From Gracilinanus agilis (taxonomy: Eukaryota), in NCBI RefSeq assembly GCF_016433145.1, contig NC_058131.1, positions 506,666,698 to 506,730,697 on the forward strand: a stretch of DNA of 64,000 nt. Reading direction: 5' to 3'. The notes under the pieces were generated by a model that was not told where the DNA came from, did not search any database, and saw nothing but the letters and a program-made list of their open reading frames with translations. The position numbers were made by a program, and so were the translations under genes. Position 1 is the stretch's first letter; every line of letters starts with the position of its first letter. Of the stretch, positions 51,652 to 62,870 are shown piece by piece.

Positions 51652-52306
51652 CTATAGAGAAAAAACATGATATTTCATATTTTAAATACACTGCAACTAC
51701 AACCTTGCCCTCCGAATGAGTGCTTTAGAATACTTCCTATTGCTAAAAAAAACCCTTTTTTATAGAAATGAAGCATAATTAAGAGTCCTATCATAATAAA
51801 CTTTTTTAAAGTGTCTACTCTTTTGAGGTTAAATTTAAAATTATAGTCATTTCATCATGTTCAGTTGTGTTTTTTTAATGCTGCTTTCCAAATGCTAATT
51901 GGACCAGAAGAAATATAGTATGGTCTGTGCAGAGCCAATTGTGATGGCTACAAAATTAATATGCAGAAATACCTATCTGAAATATATGTTTAATCTGAAA
52001 GCCATAGGTTTTGATTGCATTTACTTCACGCCATGACTTGGTGACAAGGGAATACTTCAAATCCAAGGCTGAATTCATTAAAGATAATTGTTTTCCCCTG
52101 CTGCTTCTAGTGTCATTTTGCAACTGTTCGATGTAGAGAGCTTCTAAAGGAAGATTGGGAGTGTGTTCAATGGTATACAGTGAAACCTTTAAAGTTAATT
52201 ATTGGGCAAGTTTTAGAGAAGCTTGGTTCCTAGTCTCCAATGCTAGTAGTGGAAGGACTTTGTTTCTGAATTTCATTTTATTTGTGACATTGATGACTTT
52301 ACCTAC

Positions 52307-52395
52307 CCTGCGATTCGCTGGCTGCATTCTTCACAAAGGTATAATGGTGGTGGTTTATCTCCTAAAGCCACTGACAGAGAAGGGTCTATGCACAT
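52307..52395 (-). CDS. UNC79: UNC79 coding exon (89 nt): MCIDPSLSVALGDKPPPLYLCEECSQRIAG
   Basis: Minus strand reads ttctttgtatttcag|ATGTGCATAGAC...ATCGCAGG|gtaggt. The translation matches the recalled vertebrate UNC79 N-terminal region. Phase 0 to 2. Confidence 0.95.
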
Positions 52396-54329
52396 CTGAA
52401 ATACAAAGAAAAGGTCAAAAGTGAACATTTCTCTACGTATGGCATCTTCGCTGTTGCTAAAACATGTAGCTTCACCAAAACTAACAATTCTTTACATTGA
52501 TGCCTTCCATATATTTCTCAATTTTAAACATTGCCAAAACCCAATGAAATAAGAATTATGTCCATTTTACATACAGAGAACCTAAGACCTCAAGAAACTA
52601 AATAACTTTCCAAAGGCAATGCAGCTAGTAAGTAGCAGAGCAAGGCATTGAACCTAATTCTTGCTCTAACTTATGCTCTTTTGCTTATATCAGTTCACTT
52701 TTCTCTGATAAAGCAGACCAATGTTTCAATGAAAATCTACAGAATTTATAACTGCTCTTTCAATTAAATATTATATGTTTGAGTTTTAAATTAACTGTTG
52801 TATCTCTTCATTTTTGCTGTTCCTTTTTAATCCAAATAGTGAGAGCGCTGAAGATTGTTCATCCTCTGAAAATATTTTTAAAGGGTATTATATTACAATA
52901 GATCTTCTCACTTGGTTATGGATCACTGGAGTGGCAAATCACTCTCTAAAGTAATAAACTTAGATAATAATGTCTCTTCAGGAGAAGGAAAATGATTAAC
53001 CATTCTTAAAGAGAAGGGAGAATGCATGTTGTTCATTTTTTTCTTTTTTGGAAAAATACAATTATGGTTTGGAAAAGTGCAACCGCATAAGGAAGTTACA
53101 CTTTAAGCAATTGACTTTCCCCTGGTTTTCTCTACAATAGCTGTATATTTCTCTTTTCTAAGATGCTGGTCTGGAATCTTTGCTTTTTAAGTCAATCTTC
53201 ATTCAGAAAGTTGATCATTCTAACTACCATTGAATAAACTTTAACTCCATGGCCCAAATAGATCAATGATTTCATTGAACAAAAAGATTTTCCCCCCTCC
53301 ACCTAATTAGAATCATAGCCTGTGGTAGCTGCAAGAGACCTTAAGGATCAACTCATCCAACTTGCTCATTTTACAGAGAAAGAAATTGAGACTTGGAAAG
53401 AAGTGACTTGCCCAAGGTCACACAGCAAAGTAAGTAGCAGATCCAGGATTGAAATCAGGTCAATTAACTGTTTTCATTATAACACTATTCCTCTGCTCTG
53501 ATTTGTTTATCCTGTTACATAATAGTCTTGCAAACTCTCTGGGTATTTTCAAACATCTGGATATCTAGCATTTCATGGATAAAGCATCTAGAAGGGCAAA
53601 TGGGTTAGCCACTTTTCAAGAGAATGTTCCATCAGTGAACAAATTAAGAGAAAGTCTACTTGTCTAATTTTCCAAGGTCATTTTCAATTCTTCCTGGTCT
53701 TCAAAATATACACACCCCCTGCTGTGCTGTTAATGTGCTTGGTACAAAGTCTTCTGAAATTTCCTTCTACCCAGAGGCCATAAAAACATACCAAAGCTCT
53801 GTTCTTTAATTGCATTTACTGATTTTGAGAGGAAAAAAACTACCAAACCATATTATTCCAATCAGCCTTAAAATCCAAAGTCTGAAGGAATTTCAACGGT
53901 ATTGAAAAATAACAGTGGGAATGGCTAAGTTTAAAGAAATCCTTTTAGCAAAACCAGAAATAATGTAGATGCTCATAAATTTGAGCATAGCTGAATAAAT
54001 TATTGTATATAAATGTAACTGAATATTATTGCATCAAGAGAAATGATGAATGACTAACTCAAAAAATATGGAGACGTATGAACTGATACAATGTGAGAAG
54101 AAACAAGAAAAAATATGTATAATGACTATAAGAATGTAAACAAAAAGAACATTAAAACGAATAACAATAACCAATCTTGACCCTAAGTAAAAATGAGGAA
54201 ATATACCTCCCTCCTTTCCTTAAAGAGTTCTAAGACTACCAGTGCCAAGTACTGCTGCCAAACGTTGTGACTTATCTTCAATGGTTTTGCTTAACTAGCA
54301 TTCTTTGTTACAAGGGAAGGTTCACTCTC

Positions 54330-56320
54330 TTGCTAATCTTCAATTTCTCCCTAATTACTGCTTCCTTCCCAGCTACCTACAAACACATCCAATTCTTCCC
54401 TAACCTTTAAAAAACACTCGCTATATCCCATCATATCCACCAGCTATCATACTACATCTTTCCTCTGTCTCTGCTAACCTCCTTAAGAAAACCATTTGCA
54501 CTACATACCTCCACTTCTCATTCTCTTCTATGCAATGCAATCTTCTATGCAATCTGACTTCTTACCTCATCATTCAACTAAAACTGCTTTCTCCAAAGTT
54601 ACCAATTTTCTCTTAATTATCAAAGCCAATGAATTTTTTTCAGGTCTTATCCTTCTTAACCAAGGGAAACATTTAAACAGGAAATATGCACAGCATTTTA
54701 AATTATTGACCACCTTCTTCCCCTAGACATTTACTCCTCTCAGGAATTGTTTTAATTCCAAATTTTATAAAACCAAATAAAACAATTCCAAAAAAAGAGA
54801 AGATTGTACATAAATGAAATCTTAAAATCTTTCTTATTTTTTAACTTACTTTTCTTCATATCTACACAATAAATCCCATCCACAAGTATCCCAGTTTTCT
54901 GGGTTTTTGTAACTCTGCTCTCATGATTTTTCTCCTACCTGTCTATTTCTTCTCAGTCTTTTTTGCTGGAACTTCATTCAGCTAATGGCCATTAACTATG
55001 GGTAATCCCCATGCATCTGGCCATGGCCCTCTTCTCTTTTTTTTTCTGTACTCTCTCACTTGGTGATTTAATCAGTTCCGATAGGCTTAATTATCATCTC
55101 TATGTAGATAATCCTGAGATTGTTTTATTTACCTCTAATCTCTCCTCAAATCTGGTCTCATAACACCATTTGCCTTTTGGACATCTCAGGCTAGATGATG
55201 ATCCTATGGTCATTTCAAATTCAATATATCCAAACCAGAATATATTATCTTTTCCTATAAACCTTTCCCTCTTCCCTATTATTGTTGATGGCACCAACAT
55301 ACTTCAGGTCACCCAGATTCACAACCTCGGTGTCATCCTTGACTCCTCTCTCTTGTTCACCCCACATATCCAATTTGTTGCCCAATCTAGTCATTTCTAC
55401 CTTTAATTTCTCTTATGCAACTCTCCTCTCATCACATAGATACCACTTCATTTAGGCCCTGATCAATAGCTTCCTTATTTTCCTCCTAGCCTCAAATCTC
55501 TCCCCACTACTGCCAAAGTGATTTTCCTAAAGAGTAGGACTAATTCTGTTGCCCTTGTCATCAATAAATTCCAATGACCCATAATAGCTCCAGGATGAAA
55601 TATAATGTTCTCTCCTTCACATTTAAAACCCTTTATAGGGGGCAGCTGGGTAGCTCAGTGGATTGAGAACCAGGCCTAGAGATGGGAGGTCCTAGGTTCA
55701 AATCCAGTCTCAGACACTTCCAGCCGTGTGACCCTGGGCAAGTCACTTGACCCCCATTGCCTAGCCCTTACTACTCTTCTGCCTTGGAGCCAATACACAG
55801 TATTGACTCCAGGACAGAAGGTAAGGGTTTAAAAAAAAATTTTTTTTTAAACCCTTTACATTTTAGCCCCTTCTAAACTTTCCATTCTTCTTACATTATA
55901 TTCTCTACTATGCAATCTATTCAGCCCTCTTGGTCTACTTGCTCCTCCACTCATATGACATTTTGTCTCTCATCTCCTTAACTTCATATTAGTTATTCTC
56001 TCTGCATGCAACATTCTCTCTCTCAGCCTCTAAGAATCTTAAGAATCTCTAGCTTCCTCTCAGACACAGTTCAAACCCAACTACTCAAGAAGGATGTCCT
56101 GGTCCCTCTAGTCACTTGTGCTATCTCCTCTACAGTTACTTTCCATATTCTTGATCTTTATCTTGTATGTACTGATTTACATATACACTATCTCCTCCAT
56201 TATCATGTAAGATCCTTGTAGGTAGGGACTGCTTTTTATTTTTCTTTGTATCCCTAGTATTTGGAATAATGCCTAACACATAATAGGTACTTAATAAATG
56301 CTTGTCAATTGATTAATTGA
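54330..56320 (+). mobile_element. L2 LINE remnant including its 3' end
   Basis: tcttccctattattgttgatggcacc...gtcatccttgactcctctctc; tail ggtacttaataaatgcttg. Confidence 0.75.
55638..55840 (+). mobile_element. SINE1_Mdo-type SINE inside L2
   Basis: ggggcagctgggtagctcagtgg...gtaagggtttaaaaaa, flanked by aaacccttta on both sides. Confidence 0.9.
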
Positions 56321-57259
56321 TTTGATTGTTGAGGAAAAGATGGGAGGGAGACAATATTGAGAAATGACAAGCATATAAAAACAAGAGGTATCAATAAAAT
56401 TCTTAAAATTGAAATTATTTTTAAATCTTGTTTGATTATGCCCAGAGGCTAGCCTAAGGCCTTAAAGAATGTTCCTGATGAAGACTCCCTAAAATGTAAT
56501 GAACCATGCAAGGATGAACAAATAGACATTCTGCAATCCACACAATCATGAACCAAACAACCTCACTCAAACCAAGGACTTTGTGTGAGTTTAGCAAGGT
56601 TTGAAAATTGTACCTCCTTTGGGAGTTTCAAGGTTTCCAGGGTTTAGCACAGTACCTAGCACATAACACGTTTTTACTAAATGCTACTTGACCAACTAGT
56701 TAACTCTGAGCTTCACTAAAATACATGAAAGTTAAGGAACTGTCTTTTGCCTCCTTTGCATACACAGAATTTAGCAACAGCGCTTAACATGTAGTAGGCA
56801 TTTAATAAATGTTTATTGACTTACCAAAGCAAATCCTTCTGTGTCATCAAGAGCATAATTTTCTTGTATAAATATGTATATGTTTTCCAAAAAAGTCTTA
56901 AGAAAGATCTTTTATAGCTTTCCTCCCACCTCAACATATAGCAACCTAGGCAACTGCCTTCTATTATCTGCCTACAAGTATGTGAACTTCCACCCAGAGA
57001 ATATTTGCATCTAATTTTCCAAACATATAACCATGTGTCACCTAAAAATTTTTAAGCTAAAAGCTTTTGTTACATAAATCTACATTTAAAACCATTTACA
57101 CAGTAACAAAAAGTTGTGAGTAAACTAAATTTTGTCTATGCAACTGGCCACTTTAAGACATAGAAATTAGAATGTAAAAGGGAATTTAGCAAATGGAATG
57201 TTAAAACAAAGAACATTAAGATAGAGAGAATTTTAGGACACGGAATGTCAGGGCTTAAA

Positions 57260-57288
57260 AGACCTTAGAGATCATCTATCCTTCCTTT
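57260..57288. repeat. (TG)n microsatellite
   Basis: Directly visible. Confidence 0.98.
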
Positions 57289-57316
57289 CACAGTCAAACT
57301 CTTAGAAAAAGACACT

Positions 57317-57355
<39 letters not shown>

Positions 57356-58520
57356 TATAAAGTTTCTCAACCTTTGGTTGCAAAGTATATAACCAATCTG
57401 GCATATACGCCCGTCTGCTCCACTTCTTCCTCTCTTCTCAAATCTTCACATTCCGACCTCTAACCTCATCATTCAACTGAAAATGTTCCCTCCAATAATA
57501 CCAATGATCTATTAATTGCCTGATCCAATGGCCCCTTTTTAGTCCTCAGGCTTGACCTTTTGACAGTATCTGACACTCCTGACCACCCTCTCCTCCAGAA
57601 TACTCTTAGTTTTCATGACACTGCTCTTTATTAAATCTCCTTCTCCTATGAGATGGCAAAAGAGTAAGGCAAAATTAGCTGAGAGATTCTTGATTGGCTG
57701 GAGAGAATTGGTTGTCAGTGTCCATGAGCTCCCCTGACAACTATTGCCCTTTAGTGCCTCCCCTAGAGGTTTCAACAACCCAAAAAGCAATTCTACACAT
57801 GGAAATCACCAGATGGTCAATATTGAAATCAGACTATAAAGTAAAATATACTTTACAAACAAAGGATGAGAAGCTCTATACATCCAGGGAAAATAAGACC
57901 AGGAGCTGACTGTGGCTCAGATTAAGATCTTCTTATTGCAAAATTTAGACAAATTGAAGAAAGTAGGGGAAAGCATTATATCATATAGTTATGACCTAAT
58001 TAACATCCCCAATGAATATGAAGTGGATGTGATGAATATTTAAGGGACTAGAACTGATAGAGAGCATGCCTGAAGAAGATGTAGAGAGAAGAAGAAAACA
58101 GCATGTCTGAAGAAGAGGTTGATTAATATTATATAAGAAGCAGTAACAAAAAACATTCCATAGAAAAAGAAGAACAAGAAAGTAAAATGGCTATCTGATG
58201 AGGCATAGCTAAGGAAATAAAGGGAAAGGGAAAGGGAAAGGTATATTTAAAAGAATGAAGAATTCCAGAAAATAACAAGGAGAGATAATTTTCTTGAGAG
58301 AGTAATGCAAATAAATAAAAAAAAATAGAATGGGATCTTTTCAAGAGAAATCAAGGGAACATTTTGTGCAAAAAAATGGGTATGAAAAAGACAAAAAATG
58401 GTAGGGGTTAACAAAAGCAGAAGAGATCAAAAAAGGGTGGCAAATATATACAGAAGTACTATACAAAAAAGATCTTAACATCACCAGTAACTATAATGGT
58501 GTGTGGTTAATGATTTAGAG

Positions 58521-58703
58521 CAGTGGTTCCCAAACTTTTTTGGCCTACCACCCCCTTTCCAGAAAAAATATTACTTGGCGCCCACTATCACCGCCCCCTT
58601 ACAGTTATTCACCGCCCCCAAATGCACCTGTGGCCATCACCGCCTCCCTGGATCGCTGTAGCACCCACCAGGGGGGGGGTGGCGCCCACTTTGGGGATCA
58701 CTG
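58521..58703 (+). mobile_element. Non-autonomous hAT (Charlie-like) MITE, relatively young
   Basis: TIRs cagtggttcccaaa / ttggggatcactg. Perfect 8-bp TSD atttagag at 58513-58520 and 58918-58925 (right copy displaced by a SINE). Many CpGs retained. Confidence 0.85.
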
Positions 58704-58708
58704 ATTTA

Positions 58709-58906
58709 TTTTCTTTCTTTTTTTTTTTTAAACCCTTGTACTTCGGTGTATTGTCTCATAGGTGGAAGATTGGTAAGGGTGGGCAATGGGGGTCAAGTGA
58801 CTTGCCCAGGGTCACACAGCTGGGAAGTGGCTGAGGCCGGGTTTGAACCTAGGACCTCTCGTCTCTAGGCCTGACTCTCACTCCACTGAGCTACCCAGCT
58901 GCCCCC
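58709..58906 (-). mobile_element. Young SINE1_Mdo-type SINE
   Basis: 15-bp TSD gggatcactgattta at 58694-58708 and 58908-58922. Confidence 0.9.
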
Positions 58907-61900
58907 TGGGATCACTGATTTAGAGCCAGATATGTGAGAGAATGAAGTCAAGTGGGCTTTAGAAAGCATTGCTAACAGTAAGGATAGTGGAGATGATGGA
59001 CTGAGGTATTTTAAATCCTAAAAGATAATGCTGGTAACATGTAATGCTCAACATGGCAGAAAATTTAGAAAATTTAATACTGGCCACTGGAATGGAAAAA
59101 ATCAACTTGCATCCCAGTCCTAAAGAATGGCAAATGAATGTTCAAATGACTAAACCATTACAGTCATCTCACACACCAGTAGAGTTATGCTTAAGATTCT
59201 GTGAGCTAGATTTCACCAATATGTGAACCAAGAATTACCCGGGGAAAAGGCTGGTTTTTGAAGAGGCGGAGGATCTGGAAACCAAATTGCCAATACTTGT
59301 TAGATTCTGGAGAAAGCAAGGGAACTCCAGAAAAACATCTATTCCTGCTTCATTGACTAAACTAACACAACGAAATGTGACAAGAACTCAGAGAGATGAG
59401 AGTACCTAGATTATCTTACTTGTCTCTTGAAAAACCTGTATGTGGGTCAAGAAGCAGCAGTTAGGACAATTATGGAATGATTAATTGGTTTAACACTGGA
59501 AATGGAGTATGACCTTATTTATTATGAGTATCACCTTATTTATTTAGCTTATATACAGAGTACATCATGAGAAATGCAAGGCTGGATAAATCAAAAGAAA
59601 GAATTAAGGTTGCTAGGAAAAATACCAATAATTTCAGATATGCAGATGATAACACTCTGATGGCAGAAGGTGAGGAAGAATTAAGAAACTTCTTGATGAG
59701 GATTAAGGAACTGGTTTGATGATTAACATGGGAACTGGTCCCTTTGCTTCCTGGCAAATAGAAGGAGGAAAAATGAAAGCAGCACCAGATTTTATATTCT
59801 TGGACTCAACAATCACTGTAGACAGTAACCACAGCCATGAAATTAAAAAAACATTTGTTCCTTGGAAGAAAGCTATGTTAAATTTGGACAGCATACTAAA
59901 AGGCAGAGAAATAACCTTGCTGATAAATGTCTCTAGGATTAAGACTATATTTTTGCAAGTAGCAATATATGGCTATCAGAATTGGTCTATAAGGAAAGCT
60001 GAGTGCCACAGAATCACATCTTTTGAAATGTGGTGCTGGGGAAGAGTTTTGAACAGCAAAGAGGACACATTAGTTAATATTTAAAGAAATTAATTCAGAC
60101 CATATATTGAAAGGTGAAATACTGAAGGCAAAGCTTAAATTCATTGTCCACATAATGAGAAGACCGGATTAACTGGAAAAATCCTCCTGGATACTGGGAG
60201 AGATTGAAGGCAAAAGAAAAGGGTATGACAGATGATGAGATGGACAAATAATGTCATGGAATCAACAAGCGTGAGCTTAGACAGACTTTGAGAGATAGTG
60301 AAGGATACAAGGGCCTGGTTTGCTAGGATCTATGGGGTCATGAAAAATGGAACATACTCAACCACCCAATGATGACAACAGATTTGGAAAAGATAAAGCT
60401 TTTCATGATGGCTTACTGCTACCACCTCTGACTTGAGAAGAAAATGCAGAGGGATCTTTGCAGGGATCTTTGCACCTGGTGAAAGGACTTGTGTTGCTAA
60501 GAGCTCTGTTCTAATTGGACAGAACAGCATCCAAGTAAGTAAATAACTGGAGAGGCTGGTATGTATAACCTAGAGATAGGCAGTTTCATCAGCTTTGCAG
60601 TTGTCTGACTTAAAGAAAACTATTTCTATTAAAAGCTAACACTTTTCTAAACAGGCTTTAAAGGATGATAGTTAATTGAAAGACCTTATAAGACTGTGTT
60701 CAAATTATACTCTTGATAACACCTAAAGACTGATTTTGGATAGTTAAACCTTTATTAAGTGCCTTCTATGTGCCAAGCACTGTGCTAAGTTCCATGTATA
60801 CAAAAAGAGGCAAAAAACAGTCCCTCAACTTGCACATACAATAGTACTATCAGTCAACTAGTCAGTAAAATTGAGGATTTCCACAGCTCAAAAGTGATGA
60901 AGATCAACAGTTAAGTGGTGAGAAGAGAAGTAGTTTCATGTGGTGCAATATTCCTGGATGGACCATCTCTGAAGTCTAGAGTTGTTAACTGCCCAAAGAA
61001 TAAAATTTCCTCCCTTGTTTGTTTCTGTAGCAGGTTCCTGTGTATGTCCACCCTTCGTCATAGCTATTGAGTACTCTGGTGAGAAAGTGTGATCAAAGTG
61101 TATTGTGATATTATTTAAGTATTGATTTAACATATTAATACCTATAATAATATTTCCTTTGCCTTATTAATTAGTTATATTTAATATCCATAAGTATTAT
61201 TATTGGAAGTAGCTGGTTGTATAAACAAAGACAAATATTGGATAGAGGATAAAGAGCTGGAGTGATGACTAGAAGTATATTTTCTCTCAACAGTGTTACT
61301 CCTAAGACCCTGAAAAAAGTTTAAATGTTACCTTGTGCTAGTAATGGTCTACCTCCAGGAATTTAGATGTGCTACTCTGTAAGCAGATGGAAGGAACAAA
61401 GCAATTCCAAAAAGAAGTGGTGTGTCTCATTTATAGGTGAAAAGAATGAGGTCCCAAGTCCTCCTACAAGTATAAATGATGACTACATTCCACTGTGGAA
61501 TGCCATTTTTACCACTGTTATAGTATAAAGGCATTAGAATAGACCTCCTGGTTATTATTAGTCTGTTATTAATTCTCTGAGAATTCCCAGTTTCCCTTAA
61601 AGCACAGATCAAGTTATTACTCCTTAAAGCCTTTTCCCAGCTGCTTACCACCACTCCCCCTAAAATAATTACCTTTTTACTTTGTATTTTATGTTTTTAA
61701 AAATATTTTCCACATTTATTTATATGATTACGTATTGTTTCTTCAATAAAATATAAGCACTTTGAGGGCAAGATGTTTCATATTTGCCTTTGTGTCTGCA
61801 GCACCTACCCCAATGTCTGGCAAATAGAAGGTGCTTAATAAATATATGTTAATTAACTGACCTATATCAACCCTCTCATTTTGTAGATGAAGAAATTAAA

Positions 61901-62107
61901 GTCCAGAAAGGGGAAGGGTCTTGCCCAAAATCATATAGTGAATTTATTGCAGAGCCAAAATCTCCTCACTCCAAGTCTAGTGTTCTTTCCTTTATATCAT
62001 GCTATCCTTCATATAAACATTCTAGATTTAGGGATATACATGTAAGTATACCAGCATCCTGCTCTATGAAAGTCAACTGAATTTCTATGGTTAAGAAACT
62101 ATATTCC

Positions 62108-62870
62108 TTGTGAACTGATCCAACCATTCTGGAGGGTACTTTGGAACTATGCATGCCCTGAGAACTATAAAACTCTGCATATACTTTGATTCAGGAATGC
62201 AACCACTATGTCTGTATCCCAAAGAGATCATTAAAAAGAGGAAAGGACCTACTTGTACAAAAATATTTATAGCAGCCCTTTTTGTGGTGGCAAAGAATTA
62301 GAAGTTAAAGGGATTGAGGAATGGCTGAACAAATTGTGGTATATGATGGCAATGGAATACTATTGTGCTGTAAGAAATAACGAACAGGATGATTTCAGAA
62401 AGAGCTGGAAAGACCTACATGAACTGATGCAGAGAGAAATAAGCAGAACCAGGAGAACATTATACACAGTAACAGTAATATTGTAGGATAAAGAACTGTG
62501 AAAGACTTAGCTACTCTTAGCAATACAGTGATCCAGGACAATTTTGAAGGACTTAAGAAAAAGAATGCTATCCACCTCCAAAGAAAGAACTGTTGTAGTT
62601 GGAATGCAGATCAAAGCATATGATTTTTCGCTCTAATTTATTTGGGTTTTTATTTTGAAGTTTTGGTTTTATAAGAGTATTCTCTTACAAAAATGAACAA
62701 TATGGAGATAGGTTTTGCATGATAATACACATATAACCCAGATCAAATTGCTTACCATCTCTGGGAAGGGGGAGGGGAAGAAGGGAGGAAAACAATTTGG
62801 ATCTTATAACTTCATAAAACTTATATGGAAAATTGTTATTACATGTAATGGTAAAATAAAATTTCTTTGA
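62108..62870 (+). mobile_element. L1 ORF2-end and 3'UTR fragment
   Basis: gtgaactgatccaaccattctggag...gaatggctgaacaaattgtgg...; ORF 62253-62486 is an L1 ORF2 C-terminal-like peptide. Confidence 0.85.

Larger units (their letters stand above)
57780..60380 (+). mobile_element. BovB-like RTE LINE, 5'-truncated and decayed, with nested hAT MITE and SINE
   Basis: Degenerate EN-end segment (W.SPDGQ...RPGADCGSD) at 57.8-57.9 kb. RT segment ...LYTEYIMRNA...FRYADD (YADD 59639-59650). BovB-type 3' tail ggggtcatgaaa...caacca near 60340-60380. Confidence 0.85.

Noticed and set aside
61487-61503. Palindrome CATTCCAC-T-GTGGAATG
   Set aside because: Arms of 8 bp are expected by chance in 64 kb and are too short for a pre-miRNA.
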